This document shows, one piece after another, positions 23,093 to 37,708 of a stretch of DNA of 64,000 nt. The translations under genes were made by a program, and so were the position numbers. Each line of letters begins with the position of its first letter. The first letter of the stretch is position 1. This DNA is from Eremomyces bilateralis CBS 781.70. Taxonomy: Eukaryota. The DNA is taken from assembly GCA_010015585.1 (NCBI GenBank), contig ML975156.1. The stretch is one strand, 5' to 3'. Under the pieces are notes generated by a model. The model did no database searches, was not told where the DNA came from, and saw only the letters and a program-made list of their open reading frames with translations.

Positions 23093-25522
23093 ATAATATC
23101 TTTCTGTAGTTAAGAATGTTGAAATTATACTAGCGCCATCGGAATAAGCATCTAATAAGGCTCCTTTGAATGATCAGAAGGTAGCCAAGTATTCATATAT
23201 CATACAGCCATTGCCCCTTACTCCTTACATAACGCTGCATGGAATAATGCAGCAGCTGCATCCGCCATCTCCGTCGCCGCATTCGATGCATGTATTGGTC
23301 GCAGGTTTCGGTTTGAGGACGGGAGGGAAGGACGTAGTTGATGAAGGCATTGTGCTCGACCAGCTTTTGCGTATGACCGGGTTGGGATTTTGAGAATCTG
23401 CGACTTATGAGCCAAGTGGGATCGGAGCATGGGACTAGTACTGGCCTTTGACAAAGATTACTGTGACACCACAATAAGCTAGATGGTCAATGATGTGAAA
23501 GCGATGGAATTGGTGATACGAATACGGAAGTAAGTAGGTACAGCCATGTGCATCTCTCTACCCAGTGTTACACACTGGTAATACCTGTATGATACGATGG
23601 AGTAAGAAAATAACTAACTAGTTGAAGTTGTAATTAGTTATCAAACAGTTCTTATGTCTTAGATATGGTATTAAAATGTTACAAATATTATTTAGTCGAA
23701 TTGTTTCAGACTGTTCCTCGCCCGTAGCTTTGACATCCCCATCGCCCTTATCGGATGGGTCGTCCGCCACAATGTGATGCCCAACACCAGGGTTGGAGAA
23801 CTAAAGGTAAACAGAAGGGATAGGTATTAGGAGTCGGAATCAGGGGTGAGGATGCGAGGAACGCTAGCCAAAGGGCAGCTCAAGCCTCAAGGTTTCAGTG
23901 ACAAACGGACAATTGCAAAGACAAAATTACTGTACCACTCAGTTAAACTTCGACGCAGGTGGTACAACGGAAAAGACGTTCGAGATATTAGGACGAAACA
24001 GATGGCGGGATCCTTCCGCTGGGCATTTTTTCATCCATCGGATCAGACCCATAGCCTAGACTCTTGGAGCCATCAAAATGATCAAACGGGTCAGCATGAT
24101 CGGCTTCGTTCCATCTCTCGATCTCTATCCGTCCTCGATCATATCTCCATTCTCTACTATGCAGAATATCAAACAAATCGATCAACGCCCTCGAGGCTCG
24201 AACAATGGCCTTGTGAAATCGTGATCAGCGATGTCCATGTCAATCGTCAATGGCGTTTTCCGTGCGGTGATTACATTTCGAGGAATTCCAGGCCCCTGGG
24301 TCTCAAGCCTTGTTTATGATTTCCCATTTCCGGGCATTTCCCATTTCCTTGACATCAGATCCTAGATTTCCCTTCAATTGCAACTTGCAGGGTCACTGGC
24401 AGTGCGGCTGAAAGACAAGAGCCTGTCGCAAGAAGATTGGCTGGACCACTGGAGGGATCATCCGTCAACAAAACCCTAAACACGCCATCAGTCAACGGTC
24501 CTTGAACCCACCCAACCCAGGCCCAATCCCGTTGGCTTGTGACATGAAACACAGGAAACGCAACGGGTCCGATGCCCCACTTCGTTGCCCTTGATCTGAC
24601 CGTGGAGGACTCGAAAGTTGAAAGTCATCAAAAACGCGAGAAATGAGATGAGGAAGCAAACAAACCCAGCTGAGAATGAAACATGGATTGGTGGTCTTAG
24701 CTTTGTATTTGTGTCGTACAATAATACTGTCAGAAATAAGTATTTCCAGCAACCAGGCAGGATCTTCGAGCCGAATGGGAGTATTATTCATACGTATTAC
24801 AACTTAGAAGTGTAGAACAGTAGAAGCTTTCCCCTCCCGATCGATCTAATGTGTCGATCTTCAGCACCTTATCAATAGCTCACTCAACCAAAGAAATCTG
24901 GAGCATCGGGCAATCCGACAGCTAAGTATGGAATAGCATTCTATCCAACCCATCGCCAGTGGGTTAGCTCTGATCATTCGACGTCATTTAGCACCTTCTA
25001 ATAGGACCGATGGAGGATTAGTGGTGTTTTCAGGGTCGGTAGACGGTAAAGCCCCTTAGCCCCTGATCCGTAAAAAAAAGTTGTCAAACGCACAGACATG
25101 TGACTTGACCAACCCCAACATCCGAACTGGTGGATCAAAAGGAAGTGGAGGACGGCAAGCGTTGGTATTCTTAATTCTGGGCTCTTCCCTTGCCACTTCG
25201 TTCTTTAAAGGTAATGAATTTCTTAGGTTTGCTCGGTTGGAACTTTGAAGCCCCAGAGTTTTACCATCGTAGTTGAGTGCTGGCAATCGATCACGACAGA
25301 AGAGCCGGGAGGAAGACAAGGACGTGAACGCGCTATCATCGGAAGAAGGGATAGATCATCGCTCGTTTTTGCTGTCGCTATTCGACCTCACACCTCCATT
25401 CCTTCGTTTCGGGAGGTGATTTTCATCCGCTAAACACTCTCGCTTCTCTCCGTTCACATTCTCGGTTCTCCGCTTCTACTCTTGAGGATTCGTAGCATTC
25501 GGGCACACCCGCCATCTTATAT

Positions 25523-28500
25523 ATGCCACTCTCATCCCCCCGATCCCCCCGATCACCCCTCAGCCGATCTCCCTTCTCCCACGACCGCGACGGCTTCCAA
25601 CCCCTCGAACCGTCCACATCTCCAGAGCATCCCAACCCTCACGCACCGAGCTCTCACGACCTCAGGCAATCGGTCATGGCGTCCAACGATGCTCGCATCA
25701 ACATTCCTCTCGAACCCATCCCTCCCGGGGACCGACACCGCGGCACCTCTGGCTCCACCGCCAACGACAACCTCACCTACCCATCCGAGCCGCTCAATGA
25801 AAAAACCAGCGCGACCTCCAAGAGCGGGGGCATGTTCCAACGGCCCGACAGCAGCGGCCTCGGTCGACGTCGGCTGAGGAAGATGGATAGCCAGGGACAG
25901 CCGATTCCGGAGGCGGAGGAGGAGACCGATCGGATCACCCGCATGGGGAGGATTTATTACAAGATTCTGAACTTTAGCATCGTCACGAGGTACTTCATTT
26001 ATGTGCTGCCGCTGGCGTTGGCGATTGCGATCCCCATCATCGTGGGGGCCACGGCGGCGAAGAAGGCGAAGTTGGGTGGGGTGAGGATCGTGTGGTTTTT
26101 TACGTGGATAGAGATCGGTGAGTTGGTACCTCTCTGATGGAGGACGAGAAATGTTTTGGAGAATTTGCTGACGGTACGGTAGTATGGCTCAGTGTCTGGG
26201 TGGCCAAGATCGTGGCACATTTCCTCCCAATAGTCTTCCAGGCTCTCGCCGGCGTCGTGAGCTCAGGGACACGAAAGTACGCATTGATCCTCAAGAAGCT
26301 CGAGATTCCCATTTCCTTAGTCGGATGGGCAGTCACCTCTCTCGCCACGTTTATTCCACTCATGACCCGAAACCCGGATGGCCGTGAAAAAGGCGCCGAA
26401 GTCAAACCGTGGATGTCCATCGTGCAAAAAATTCTGGCGGCTGCACTGGTGTCCGCGATTATCCTCCTCCTGGAACGCGTTATCATCCAGCTCATCAGCA
26501 TCAATTATCATAAGCGACAGTTCGAGCAACGGGTCAAGGGTTCCAAGCGGAATGTATACTTGCTGTCGATTCTCTACGATGCGTCCCGAACGCTCTTCCC
26601 TGCCTACTGTAACGAGTTCGCGGATGAAGATTACACCATTTCCGATACCGTGGGGATGCTCGCTGGTCCGAAGGCCCACGGGAGGCGCCAGGGGCGCGCG
26701 ACGCCAATGCGACTGGTCAGGGATGTTGGAAGGGTTGGCGATAAGTTGACGTCCGGTGAGCACCCAAATATCTCCAGAGACCAAGCAATCTGACACTAAC
26801 ATCTGCTCAGCATTTGGCAATATTGCTTCGGAGATCACTGGAAAGCAGGTCTTCAATCCCAACTCCGCCCATTCCATCGTAGTCCTTGCTCTCGAAAAGA
26901 AAACTTCATCGGAAGCTCTCGCTCGCCGGTTGTGGATGTCCTTCGTCGTTGAAGGCCGTAACGCTCTTTTCGAGGAGGATATAGTCGAGGTCTTGGGACC
27001 CACCCGCACGGAAGAAGCTGCCGAATGCTTCAATGCCATCGACCAGGACGGCAACGGCGATATCAGCCTGGAAGAGATGATCATGACCGTTACTCAATTC
27101 GGACGCGAGCGAAAGTCCATCGCCAGCAGCATGCATGACGTCGACCAAGCGATCAACGTCCTCGACGGCCTCCTGTGCGCCGTCGTTTTCGTCATCTGCA
27201 TCTTCATTTTCGTCGCGTTCCTCAACGCATCGTTCACGACGACCCTCGCCACCGCTGGTACCGCGCTTCTGTCGATGTCCTTCGTCTTCGCCACCACCTG
27301 CCAAGAGGTGCTCGGATCCTGCATCTTCCTCTTCGTCAAGCACCCCTACGACATCGGCGACCGGGTCGACATCTCCAAGGAATTCCTCATCGTGGAGCGC
27401 ATCTCCCTCCTCTACACCGAGTTCAAATCCGTCACCACCAGCAAATGCGTGCAGATCCCCAACATCGTCCTCAACTCCCTCTGGGTCGAGAACATCACCC
27501 GCTCTAAAGCTATGCGCGAGCCTATTTCCATCTCCGTCTCCTTCGACACCTCCTTCGAGGACCTCGCCCTCCTCAAATCCGAACTCACCGCCTTCGTCAC
27601 CCACAAAGACAACTGCCGCGACTTCCAACCCGACCTCGACGTCGAGCTGCTCTCTGTCGGCGACATGTCCAAGCTCGAACTCCGCGTCGACATGCGCACC
27701 AAGTCCAACTGGTCCAACGAGACCCTCCGCACCGCCCGCCGCAGCAAGTTCATGTCCGCCCTCGTCCTCGCCCTTCGCAAGGTCCCCATCTACGGCCCCG
27801 GTGGCGGCGGCCTCTCCCTCGGCGACGCCGGCAACCCCAGCTACTCTGTCGCCATTACTCCGGACACCGCTGAACAGAACAAGAAAACCGCCGCCGACAC
27901 CATGGACGCGAAGCGCATGGTGCCCGCCAACCCCAAGCCAGACGACTCCACATCCCCCGGCTCCAACACGGCATTCGCCTCCAGCCCCGGCTCCAACGAC
28001 CCCCCACCTCAAGGCCACTCCACCGGCATTGCCCCCCACGCCGAGCTCTCTGCCATGAACACCCTCACATCCCGTCCCGTCGGTTACGACCGCGCGCGCG
28101 ACGACGCCTTCCGCCAGCGCCGCTCGGAGGACAACATCTCCGCGCTGTCCGGCCCTGGGCTCGGCGAGCGGCCGAGCTACGACGTGCGGGAGATGGACGA
28201 AGTACGCGGATTACTACGAGAGCAGAGCGGCGGGAAGCGGAAGGCCGGCGGCGGACCGGCGTCGACTCCGTATAGCGAATCATCCGCCCCACCAGCCACC
28301 TATCCCGCCACCGGGCAGTCGAGCACGCAGGGCGCGGGATACCCGCCGCAGGTATCCCTGAATCAGAGCACCGGCTACGGGCAGGGGCTCAGCATGACCC
28401 CCTCCACGGAGCACAGCGTGTACCCGGTCCCGTACCAGCCGCCCAGTGGCGCGTCATATCAGCAATACGGCGCACAGCCGAGCATGCCGCCGCCGCAGGG

Positions 28501-28660
28501 ACCGCCGCCGGTGTCGCCGGTGTCGCCGCCGACGCCGACGCGGAATGCGTTTGCGCAGCAGCATATGCAACAGGGAGGGTATGCGCAGGGGCAGGGACAA
28601 CAGCAGCAGCAACAGCAGCAGGGACGAATTCCAAGAAGGGGGGTGGATAGGGAGGAGTAA
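25523..28660 (+). CDS. MscS-like mechanosensitive ion channel (Msy1/Msy2 type) with EF-hand
   Basis: TM N-terminal region, IQLISINYH, EF-hand DQDGNGDISLEE, FLFVKHPYDIGDRV, QIPNIVLNSLWVENITRS and RRSKFM. Introns near 26118-26180 and 26755-26810. P/Q-rich tail. Confidence 0.93.
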
Positions 28661-29348
28661 GGGAGAGATAGACGAGAGATAGAGGAAAGATGAATAGATA
28701 CAACCCTCGCGCGTGATTCGAAGCCGGCTTTGATTGGAAGCGCTCCACCGGCTGATGACAGGATTTGAGAATGGCATGTTTTCGGACGGATGTAGTTATT
28801 GATCTGGTATGAGTGGCATGGTATAATTCGGCTAGTATTGTCAGTCAATAGATTTTGTTTGTCTTCGGATGCTGAAGCGCACCTAGACTAAACCGCAAAT
28901 GAGGTATGAAATGGGAGCCACTGAGGACTTTACGGTAAACGTGCGTTTGCAAGGTGGATTTACTGATCAGCCAAAGGTTGAAGAACTGCGAGTTATTAGA
29001 CTTGATGCATTCATGTTTTCTAGTGTTGAAAATCCTAACAATAACAAGCCAACAAGTCCAATGAACCCCCGATGTCCCAACGTGCGTTTCGATTCGTTCC
29101 ATCATGAACCATAGTACAGTAGTGTTGCCGTGTGAGGGGACAGTAAAAAAGATTGTTTTTGGGAAGAAAAGGAAAGGAAATATGTATGTCCACCAACCAT
29201 CGATGAGAGAGAGACGGTGAATTAATACACGGGGCGAATTTGATGGAGTAGCATCGATGTGTACGCATGGAATAGCCACACCCTCCATGACAGAACTCCC
29301 TCCACGGCGATGACCCGACCACTCCTCATCCTTCATCCTCCACATCTC

Positions 29349-30643
29349 TTACAACTCCTCCTTCACCTTATTCTTATAATACCCCGCCGCTCGGCTCGCG
29401 CTCGCACTCGCCGTCTTCGCCGCCAGACTCGCAATCCGACTCGCCCGGTCCACGCTCGCCGTCGCGCTCGGAATAAACCCGAACTGCGCCCTCGCCATAT
29501 CCACCAGATTATGCATTGCGACCCAATAATCCTCGAACCGCAACTTCCCCTCCTCCGTCGCCTGCGCGCCCTCGTTCCCCGCGCTGCTCGTCGCCGCGTT
29601 GAACGCGCTCTTCCCGGACTTGGTGGCGTGCACCGAGCCCGAGGACGCGGACGACACAAGGTTCTCGCGGTGGCGGCGGGCGAGGGCGATCAGCTCGTTG
29701 CGCTTGGAGCCCTGCGGGACGGGGATACCCTGCTCGTCGGCCCAGGCCTTGATCTGAGCGTCGCTCCACGACTCGAGGAGCTTATCGGAGAGGTAGTTAG
29801 TCGCGGAGGCCATGGCGGACGAATCGGAGGCGGACCGCGCGGAAAGGGACTGCGCGGCGAGGCGGGAGTTGCGGCGCACGGAGGCGATGAGCGTATCGCG
29901 GGTGGTAGGCTGCGGGACCGGGTAGCCGCGCTCGTCGAGCCAGGCTTTGAGCTCGGATTCGGACCAGGTGTCGTAGAGCCAGTTGCCCGGGTAGGCGGCT
30001 TTTTCGCCGACTTTGTCGGCGACGGATTGGTAGGTCTCGCGGGCAGAGGCGAGGTAGGCGTCACGGGAGCGGGGTTGGGGATTGGGGACGGCGTGGCGGT
30101 CAAGGTAGGATTTGAGTTGGGATTCGGACCAGCTGGAGATGGGATGTTAGTCGGGTTCATCGGTTAGAGGGAACAGGGGGAACGTACGAGTCGAAGATCC
30201 AGTCCTTCACGCTGTTCCATGACTCGAAAGCCTTTTCTTCCGTGTCCCACCAGTTGTTCTTGACTTGCTGCAGGAGGGAATCCTTGTTCTTCGCCGCAGC
30301 GCCTTGAACCTCCTTGCCCTTGAGGGCCAGGTAGGATTGAAGCTGCTGAACGTCCCACTCCTCGTAGGGAGAGACGATCTTGGCCCGCCAATTCTTCTTG
30401 ACGAGATCCTCCAGTTCCTTGCGGTCAGAGGGCGTGGTATGGGGGATGCTGTGGTCCGACAACCATCGCTCCAGCTCCGTCTCATGCCAGTTATTATAGG
30501 CTGTTGGTGACGATTATTAGTCGATGCATCTTCCATGAAAGTTAGGACAGTGGATACATACCAGCTTTACCGAACCACGTCGATCCGACAGCGGTGTCAG
30601 TAGCGAGAGCGACCACGAGGGTCGATAACAGGGAGAACTTCAT
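29349..30643 (-). CDS. MSC1: Ish1/Msc1 family stress-responsive nuclear envelope/ER protein
   Basis: Signal MKFSLLSTLVVALA, YNNWHETELERWLSDHSIP, and repeated W-S-[DE]-x-x-L-K-x-W units (DSW, DTWSESELKAWLDERG, ESWSDAQIKAWADEQGIPVPQGSKRNEL). Ends KEEL. Confidence 0.8.
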
Positions 30644-31567
30644 GCTGGTGGGTTCAGCTTCAGCCCCAGGTGGTGTTTACGCTTGATACGGGATATTTCC
30701 AAAAGAACTCAACGACAGCGATTGATTGTGAGAATTCCAAGTTGTGTTATAATCATCCAGATGAAAGAGGATGAATTAAATGGGAGTGGGATTGGTCAAG
30801 AGGATGATGGGCAAGTTATGTCATTCGAGAAGAGGACAGAAGTGCTGGTGAAATGAGATCTCAGAAAACATCCAGGCGAAGACCAAGTTGGGGAAATGGG
30901 GAAGAAGCTCTGACGTCAAGAGTCTCGAACCATCTACAGGCGAATTACGGAATACAGGCGTACAGGCGTCAGGCGGAACAGCCGAGGAGGAATGGAGGAT
31001 AGACCGGGTTACATAACACATCAGCCACAGTGTATTGCCTGGCACGTGACTTAACACCTTACGCAGCCACAGTTCATCTAGCACCGAGTCACATGCAATA
31101 TTTCAAAATAATCATTCCAACAAACACTCATCTTCAATGGTATTAATACTCTTTGTTGCCAAGTAAAGGATGTCATTTATCATATCCTTTGCTTTTATAC
31201 AAGGGTACCTACACATACCTATTAAAATTAAGACCGCGAGGCGGATGTGTCACAATGGCATCAGCTACTGCCATCAACAGCACTCAAAAGGGTCAAAACA
31301 GAGTAGACCGTACTGATTTGATCGATAATTTGATCGATGATTAGAATTCTCGATCCAGATATATAATACTAGTACAGGATAACACCCCTCACCATGCCAA
31401 TGCTGTAGGAATTGGCGTTTTTTCTTGTTCTAGTCGACTATCTTCATCGATTCGCTACCTAGAACTTTGCACTTCTCCTTTCGTCTCCTCTCACCATCCA
31501 TTGAGTGTACAGCAGAAAAAACGGCTTCCTGATCAGTGGGTATCACGGTGCCTTGCGTCCCAGTCAA

Positions 31568-32049
31568 CTACTTCGTCTTCTTCGGCTTTTCCTCCGCTCT
31601 CTTATCGGGATCTATAACAGCAATCCATTAGCCCAATCATCCAAGCATTTACCAGAATCCGAGACTGGGAGAATCCAAGACCACATACCCGACCAAAACC
31701 CCTTCGGCACCTTATCCTGCGGCGCATCGTCCACCGACACCGACACCGCCGCCCGCTCCGCCCGCGTGTCCATCTCCCGATTATGCTGCTTCACGTCCTC
31801 CGCCTGGTCCTTCTCCAGTGGCGGGTCCTCATCTAGGATCTTGGGTTTCGCGCCGTGCACGGCTTTCTTGTCTTTGTCGGGCTTGTCGGTGTCCCGAAGC
31901 GTGGAGGCGGATGAGAAGGGGCGAGGGGCGGCGGTGGGTGGGAGGAGGGAGGAGGGGGGGGTGCGCTTGGGGAAGCTGGGGAGGTGGTTCCGGGAGGGTT
32001 GGAGCCGCGTAAGGGCCTTTGGAATGGATCGGCCGAATGTAGCGGACAT
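31568..32049 (-). CDS. Small hypothetical protein with a mitochondrial presequence-like N-terminus
   Basis: Arg/Ser-rich N-terminus (PRPFSSASTLR) and DVKQHNREM...KVPKGFWS. Intron gtatgt...gctaat...ttatag leads to a last exon DPDKRAEEKPKKTK*. Confidence 0.65.
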
Positions 32050-32762
32050 GATGAAGGTGAGCGGCGATATGACTTGGTCGATTGACTTGGATGATTGGCT
32101 TCAACGATTAGCGTCGAGGATTGGCTTAGAAGATCGATTTGTGAAAGAGCATCCAGTCAAATGAGAATGAATGTTATCTGAAAGTTCGTATAAAGTAGAG
32201 GAGAGAGTGAAGGCATCACTGATTGTAGATATCACTGAAGGTAGGTTTTTTGTTGATTGTTACTCCATTCGGCAGGGGCTGCCAACCCCCCTCTACGTCA
32301 TCGTCACCGCCTGCATGGTCTGCATATTATTGTCGATGAGTCGTGCCTTCCTCGCGAAATCAATGTAAACATTGTATTGTCTCCTTTCAAATTCAATATC
32401 AAAAATCCCTTGATATAACCGCCAAAGAATCTCTCCTATTTCATCAATTGTCCGCTTTCAGGAAAGCTAGATGTACTCTCTTCGGCTCATTCCCGTGCGG
32501 CAGTCATCCCTAAGACCGCGAAATCCCGGGTTGCCGGTTTGATGTGGACCTTCTTTCTAACCGGGGACTGGGGGGAGAAGGGAGCTCATATTAGCATTTA
32601 GCACATGCAGACTGTACTGTACAACTACATATTGAGTCCATCACCAAAGTTTAACCAACACGTGAAATTTCCATCGTGAATAGATATCCCAGCTAACTCC
32701 TCGACCTTCTCCCCCCCTTTGATAGCATCAATTGCATCGTGTCGTCATTTTCCCACCTCACC

Positions 32763-33897
32763 ATGGCATCCATCACCCCCCGCTTCCTCCGACCCGCCCT
32801 CCGCCAACCGACCCCATGGCAATGCAGAAACTTCAGCGTCTCTCGCACCGTCGCTGCCGTCCAGGTGAACAAGCTGGGCGTCATCGGTGCAGGCCAGATG
32901 GTATGTCCGGAGGAATTGAGCGGTGACATCGCAGCCAATTGACATCCTCCAGGGTCTCGGGATCGCTCTCGTCGCCGCGAATAAAGCTGGGCTGCCGGTC
33001 GTGTTGCTGGATAACTCGCAGGCATCGCTGGATAAGGGATTGAAGTTTGCGGGTGAGTAGTCAGGTTCCGGTGGAGCGGGCATGGCTGATGAAGGTACAG
33101 ACAAGTTACTCGAGAAAGACGTCGCGAAGCAGCGGATCTCCAAGGACGATGCTGTACAAGTCCGCGGCAGGCTTTCTGCCACCACGAAGATGGACGATCT
33201 CTCCGACGTGGACTTCGTAATTGAAGCGGTCCCGGTACGTTTACAACAATCCCACCTCATCTCCCACCTCCCGAAACATTTAACTAACCAAGCTTCCCAG
33301 GAAATCCTTGACCTCAAAACTGCCATCTTCTCCGCCCTCGCCCAAACCTGCAAACCCACCACCATCCTCGCCACCAACACCTCCTCCATCTCCATCACCA
33401 AAATCGCCGCCTCCACCACCACCTCCCCCACCGACCTCTCCGCCCCCTCCCGCGTCATCTCCACCCACTTCATGAACCCGGTCCCCATCCAAAAAGGCGT
33501 CGAGATCATCACCGGCCTGCAAACTTCCCAGAGCACCATCGACACCGCCATCGCCCTCTGCACCCGCATGGGGAAGATCCCCTCCCGCAGTGCCGACTCG
33601 CCAGGGTTCCTTGCGAACCGCATCTTGATGCCTTATATCAACGAGGCGATCATCTGTTTGGAGACGGGGGTGGGCGGGAAGGAGGACATCGATCAGATCA
33701 TGAAGAACGGGACGAATGTGCCGATGGGGCCGTTGCAATTGGCGGATTTCATTGGGTTGGATACGTGTTTGGCCATCATGAGGGTGTTGCATGGGGAGAC
33801 GGGGGATAGCAAGTATCGGCCGGCGGTGTTGTTGGCGAAGATGGTGGATGCGGGGTGGTTGGGGAAGAAGAGTGGGAAGGGGTTTTATGATTATTGA
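32763..33897 (+). CDS. 3-hydroxybutyryl-CoA (3-hydroxyacyl-CoA) dehydrogenase, mitochondrial
   Basis: GVIGAGQMG, IEAVPE, LATNTSSISIT, HFMNPVP, PGFLANR, PMGPLQLADFIGLD and GKKSGKGFY. Three introns. Confidence 0.95.
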
Positions 33898-34464
33898 GCG
33901 ATAGAAAATCTGTGTTCGAGATTGTTTGAGATATGCTTTGGGGATAGGAATATATATCTTGACGTAGTATTTAGAGAATGTTGGCTCATAGACTACCATA
34001 ATGGTGAATTCAATACGGCCACCACCACTGTTTTTCAATGTATACCGTAGGAGCGTAAAACCGTACGCTTCTACCATAAAGAACATTCCCATATATTGGT
34101 ATTACAAACCAAAATGCATCCAAAACCACCATTTAAATCCAAACTCGACACCCAATTGTCCAATCACATCGTGTGATGTTCCCATCCGCTAAATCCCTGC
34201 TGATGATGCAAATGTTAACCATCCGAACTTCACCGAGACCGGAGGTCAACATGAATATAAATTCACTCCGACGACCTAGAGCAGAACGTGAATTATAAAC
34301 AAGAGCATAGGATACAGGATTGTATAAAGAGGCCACCCATTTCATATCTCCAACCGGCCAATTCCTTTTCGATTTTACTTTTCCCCGTCAATATATCCCC
34401 ACCACTCCACCGACCATCCCATATCGAACCCTCGACCAGCCATCATTATAGCTACCCAGCAACC

Positions 34465-35409
34465 ATGGCCTCACTCACCGATGCCGAGCTCCGCGAGATC
34501 CACAATTTCCTCATCAACATTGCAGAAAGAGCCGGGAAGATGATCACTGCGGCGCACCCGCAGGCGGGGGACGTGGGGCTGAAGAAGAATTCGGTGGACT
34601 TGGTGACGGAGACAGATCAGGCGGTGGAGAAGATGGTGTCGACGGCGTTGAAGGAGCGGTATCCGGATTTTAAGTACGTGGGATTATGATTCTTAATTCC
34701 ACACACTAAACCCCCTAGATTTATGGGCGAAGAAACCTACCAACCCGGCGACGTCCTCACCCCCTCCCCCACCTTCATCGTCGACCCCATCGACGGCACC
34801 ACCAACTTCGTCCACTCCTACCCCTACGCCTGCATTTCCCTCGGCCTCGCCATCCACCGCCGCCCCGCCATCGGCGTCATCTACAACCCCTTCACCCGCC
34901 TCCTCTACCATGCCATCTCCGGCCACGGCGCCTTCCTCACCGACAAATCCACCGCCTCCCCTCCCCGCCGCCTCCCCCTCCAGTCCCCCGCACCCCTCGC
35001 CAGCCTCGCGGGGTCTCTTGTGATTGTCGAGTGGGGCTCCGACCGCGCGGGCAACGACTTCGCCGTGAAGCTCGACACGTTCGGGGCGCTAGCGCGCGCG
35101 CGGGAGGAGGGCGGCGCGATGGTTCATTCGCTGCGGTCGTGTGGGTCGGCGGCGCTGAATATGTGTGCGGTGGCGGCGGGGCAGGCGGATGCGTATTGGG
35201 AGGCGGGGTGCTGGGCGTGGGATGTGTGTGCGGGGTGGTGCGTGTTGGAGGAGGCGGGGGGGTACGTGGTGGATGCAAATCCCGGGGGATGGGAGCCGAA
35301 GGTGGAGGGGAGGAGGTATTTGTGTGTTAGGGGTGGAGAGGGGAAGAAAGAGTTTGTGGAGGAGTTTTGGAGGGTGGTGAAGGGGAGGTTTGAGGTGGGG
35401 GTGGAGTAG
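34465..35409 (+). CDS. Inositol monophosphatase family protein (QutG-like)
   Basis: DLVTETD, FMGEE, DPIDGTTNFVH, RSCGSAAL and WDVCAG. Intron 34674-34718. Confidence 0.93.
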
Positions 35410-35566
35410 GGGATGGATAGAAAATATTGATGAGGTAGACGTTTTGGGAGAGGATTTGCTCTATCAGTCCTCGCGGTGTCGATACACCTTCATATGTAAA
35501 GCATAAAGTAGACGTGCTATACATGGAATAAAAGCACTTATCATGCCTTCGGGCCTTCTACCCAGT

Positions 35567-37035
35567 CTATAGAACCTCGATTATCTGGTCGTCTTCATCA
35601 TCTTCTTCCTCTTCTACCTCCTTGATCTGCGACTGGCTCGGGGTCGTCAGCAAACCCCGTGCCCCTGGGCCGGGCCCCTCAGGAAGTGACTCCGCTTCCC
35701 CTTCCTCTCCCCTCATCAACACCTGTACAAGCCGATCACACGCCTCCGTAACATCGTCATCCTCGACGTGGACATGACATTCTCGTACAATCGGATATGT
35801 CTTGATCCTTCGCAGCGTTTCCCGTCCATCTTTGGTGGTGGTGAGCAGTAGCAGGGTCTCCAGATGCGTTTTGACGATATCTGGCTCCGGCTCGCGTCGT
35901 TTGTCCGGCGGCAGGAGTTGCAGGTCTTCGAGCATCTCCTCCGTGTCTTGGTCGCTGTATTCTTCTGGACCCATGAGCGGGAGGAGGATGTAGGGAAGCA
36001 GGTTAGCTCCTTCGTCAGGGAAGTCGCTTGGGGTGGGGAGTCTTGGTGGGATGGGGGATAGGAGTTGTGGATGCGTGGGGATGGCAAAGGCGAGGTTCTT
36101 GATGGTCGAGGCAACTCCACGACGGCGGATGACTGAAGAATGCTCCGTGAAGACGGTGAGTTTGGTCACCGGGATTATATCCTCATCGTCTTTCCTTGGC
36201 CGCGTGAAATATTGCTGTCCCTCAGGGTACTATTATCGCGTCAGTATCTATACAGAGGAATCCCCACCTCACTGCTTACCTGTGCAAGATCCGCCATGGC
36301 GTATGACAGATAATCAAAATTGGCATGTTTATTATATCCCCCTTCTGCCCCTTTCACGAAACAGTCCATTAACTGGTCCATTGCATTTTGCGATCTTGAC
36401 AGTTCTTTTCGCTCGGGAACCTTTGTATCCAGCAGTCCCTTCAGCTTTTCGGACTTCGTAAGATTCGATAGCAGCATCGCTATTAAGTCCGCTGATTCTT
36501 CTTTAGGGTTCTGCCGATCTCAAGGTTAGACGTCGCTTTTTCAATTGGATGTAGCGGCATAGAAAATCGTACAGTGATTCTTGATAAGAGAGACATTATA
36601 AACTCGTTATCCCCTGACAGATTCTCAAGGATATCTGCACCCTCGGTCAGGTTGATGAGCATCGTCAACGCATTTTTGGCTATCGGCTGTAACTGTCAGA
36701 AATTACCTCCAACTCCACGAGAATCGACTCCCATACCGGATAGTCTTTGACGAGGAGTTTGAGGTCCTTGATGGGCTCATGCTCCCGTGCCCTGAATAAA
36801 TCTGGTTGCGCGGTGGAGAATCCAACGAGGTTCTCAACAGCTGGAAGAGTCGAAGTCAGTCCTCGTCCAATCGAACCAGAATTGATCTCGATGCTCGTTC
36901 AGATTCCATGCTCTTACCTATCTGTCGGACTTGGGTGTTGCCATGATGAAGAAATTCCACCAGCTAGACTCCAGTCAGTATTCGGATTAAATCATCACAT
37001 TCTTCCTGACTTACATCTTCTAGTTCGGTGGACAT
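35567..37035 (-). CDS. HGH1: Hgh1 (FAM203) eEF2 chaperone
   Basis: MSTELED/LVEFLHHGNTQVRQI, MLLSNL, MDQLMDCFVKG, NFDYL, RRRGVASTIKN, LLPYILLPLMGPEE and YPIVRECH. Multi-exon. Confidence 0.9.
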
Positions 37036-37708
37036 CTTACATCAAAGTTTCCAAACAGATTCTTTAATAGAGAGAGTTCTTTTACCTGGTAGGTCTATCC
37101 TAGTCTATTATAAAATCAACAATATTTTGTTAGGAGTAGCAGGAATATAATGTCATTGAAAGTGCAAAATCGAGATGTTAGGGAGCATCCAAGTTGTGGC
37201 GATGTGTGGGAGTTTTTCGAACGTCATCTCATCCGAATTCCATTCTTCTACTGCGTTTCAACTCTCCTACTTCCATGATAATATCTCCGTATTGATGAAA
37301 ATGTTGCTTCACCGTCACCGATAACCTCCATAGAATGCATGTGTCCAAATTCTGGGATTCTGACCGGCAGAATATTGCAAGGCTGATATTCGTCGAGATG
37401 CCTTTGACCGGTCAGCCGGAAACGGGCAAGGCGTCGATTTAGCCAATTCCAGGCGTAGAAGTGTAGGGGGTATATATCTAATCCAATATGCAGACTATAT
37501 AATCATGAGATCGGACGTCGACCGCAAACTGAAAGCTCCTTGGAATCAATTTTGGACGATTGAGCCCTATTGGCCGAGGTTTCATCCGCATCTTAACATA
37601 CCGCTGCACATTTTCTATTATCTTATTGTCTACTGGTGATCTCTTCTTTACTGTCTCTAGTCCATACCAATTTACCTCTTTCCTCATATTTTCGTGGAGC
37701 TTCAAATC

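Noticed and set aside
23166..25400. Short ORFs and small hairpins upstream of the MscS gene
   Set aside because: No recognisable protein motifs, codon bias or RNA-gene signatures. Consistent with intergenic sequence.
26906..28039. Long antisense or alternative-frame ORFs (377 aa here; also 8678-9511, 18947-19984, 29259-30167, 32745-33623, 52903-53673, 61308-62111)
   Set aside because: Shadows of real genes with very high GC3. The translations are low-complexity and lack motifs.
28598..28622. CAG/CAA poly-Gln run in the MscS tail (and a 12-nt x3 HSRA repeat in AIM21 near 62011-62047)
   Set aside because: Ordinary short coding repeats in disordered regions.
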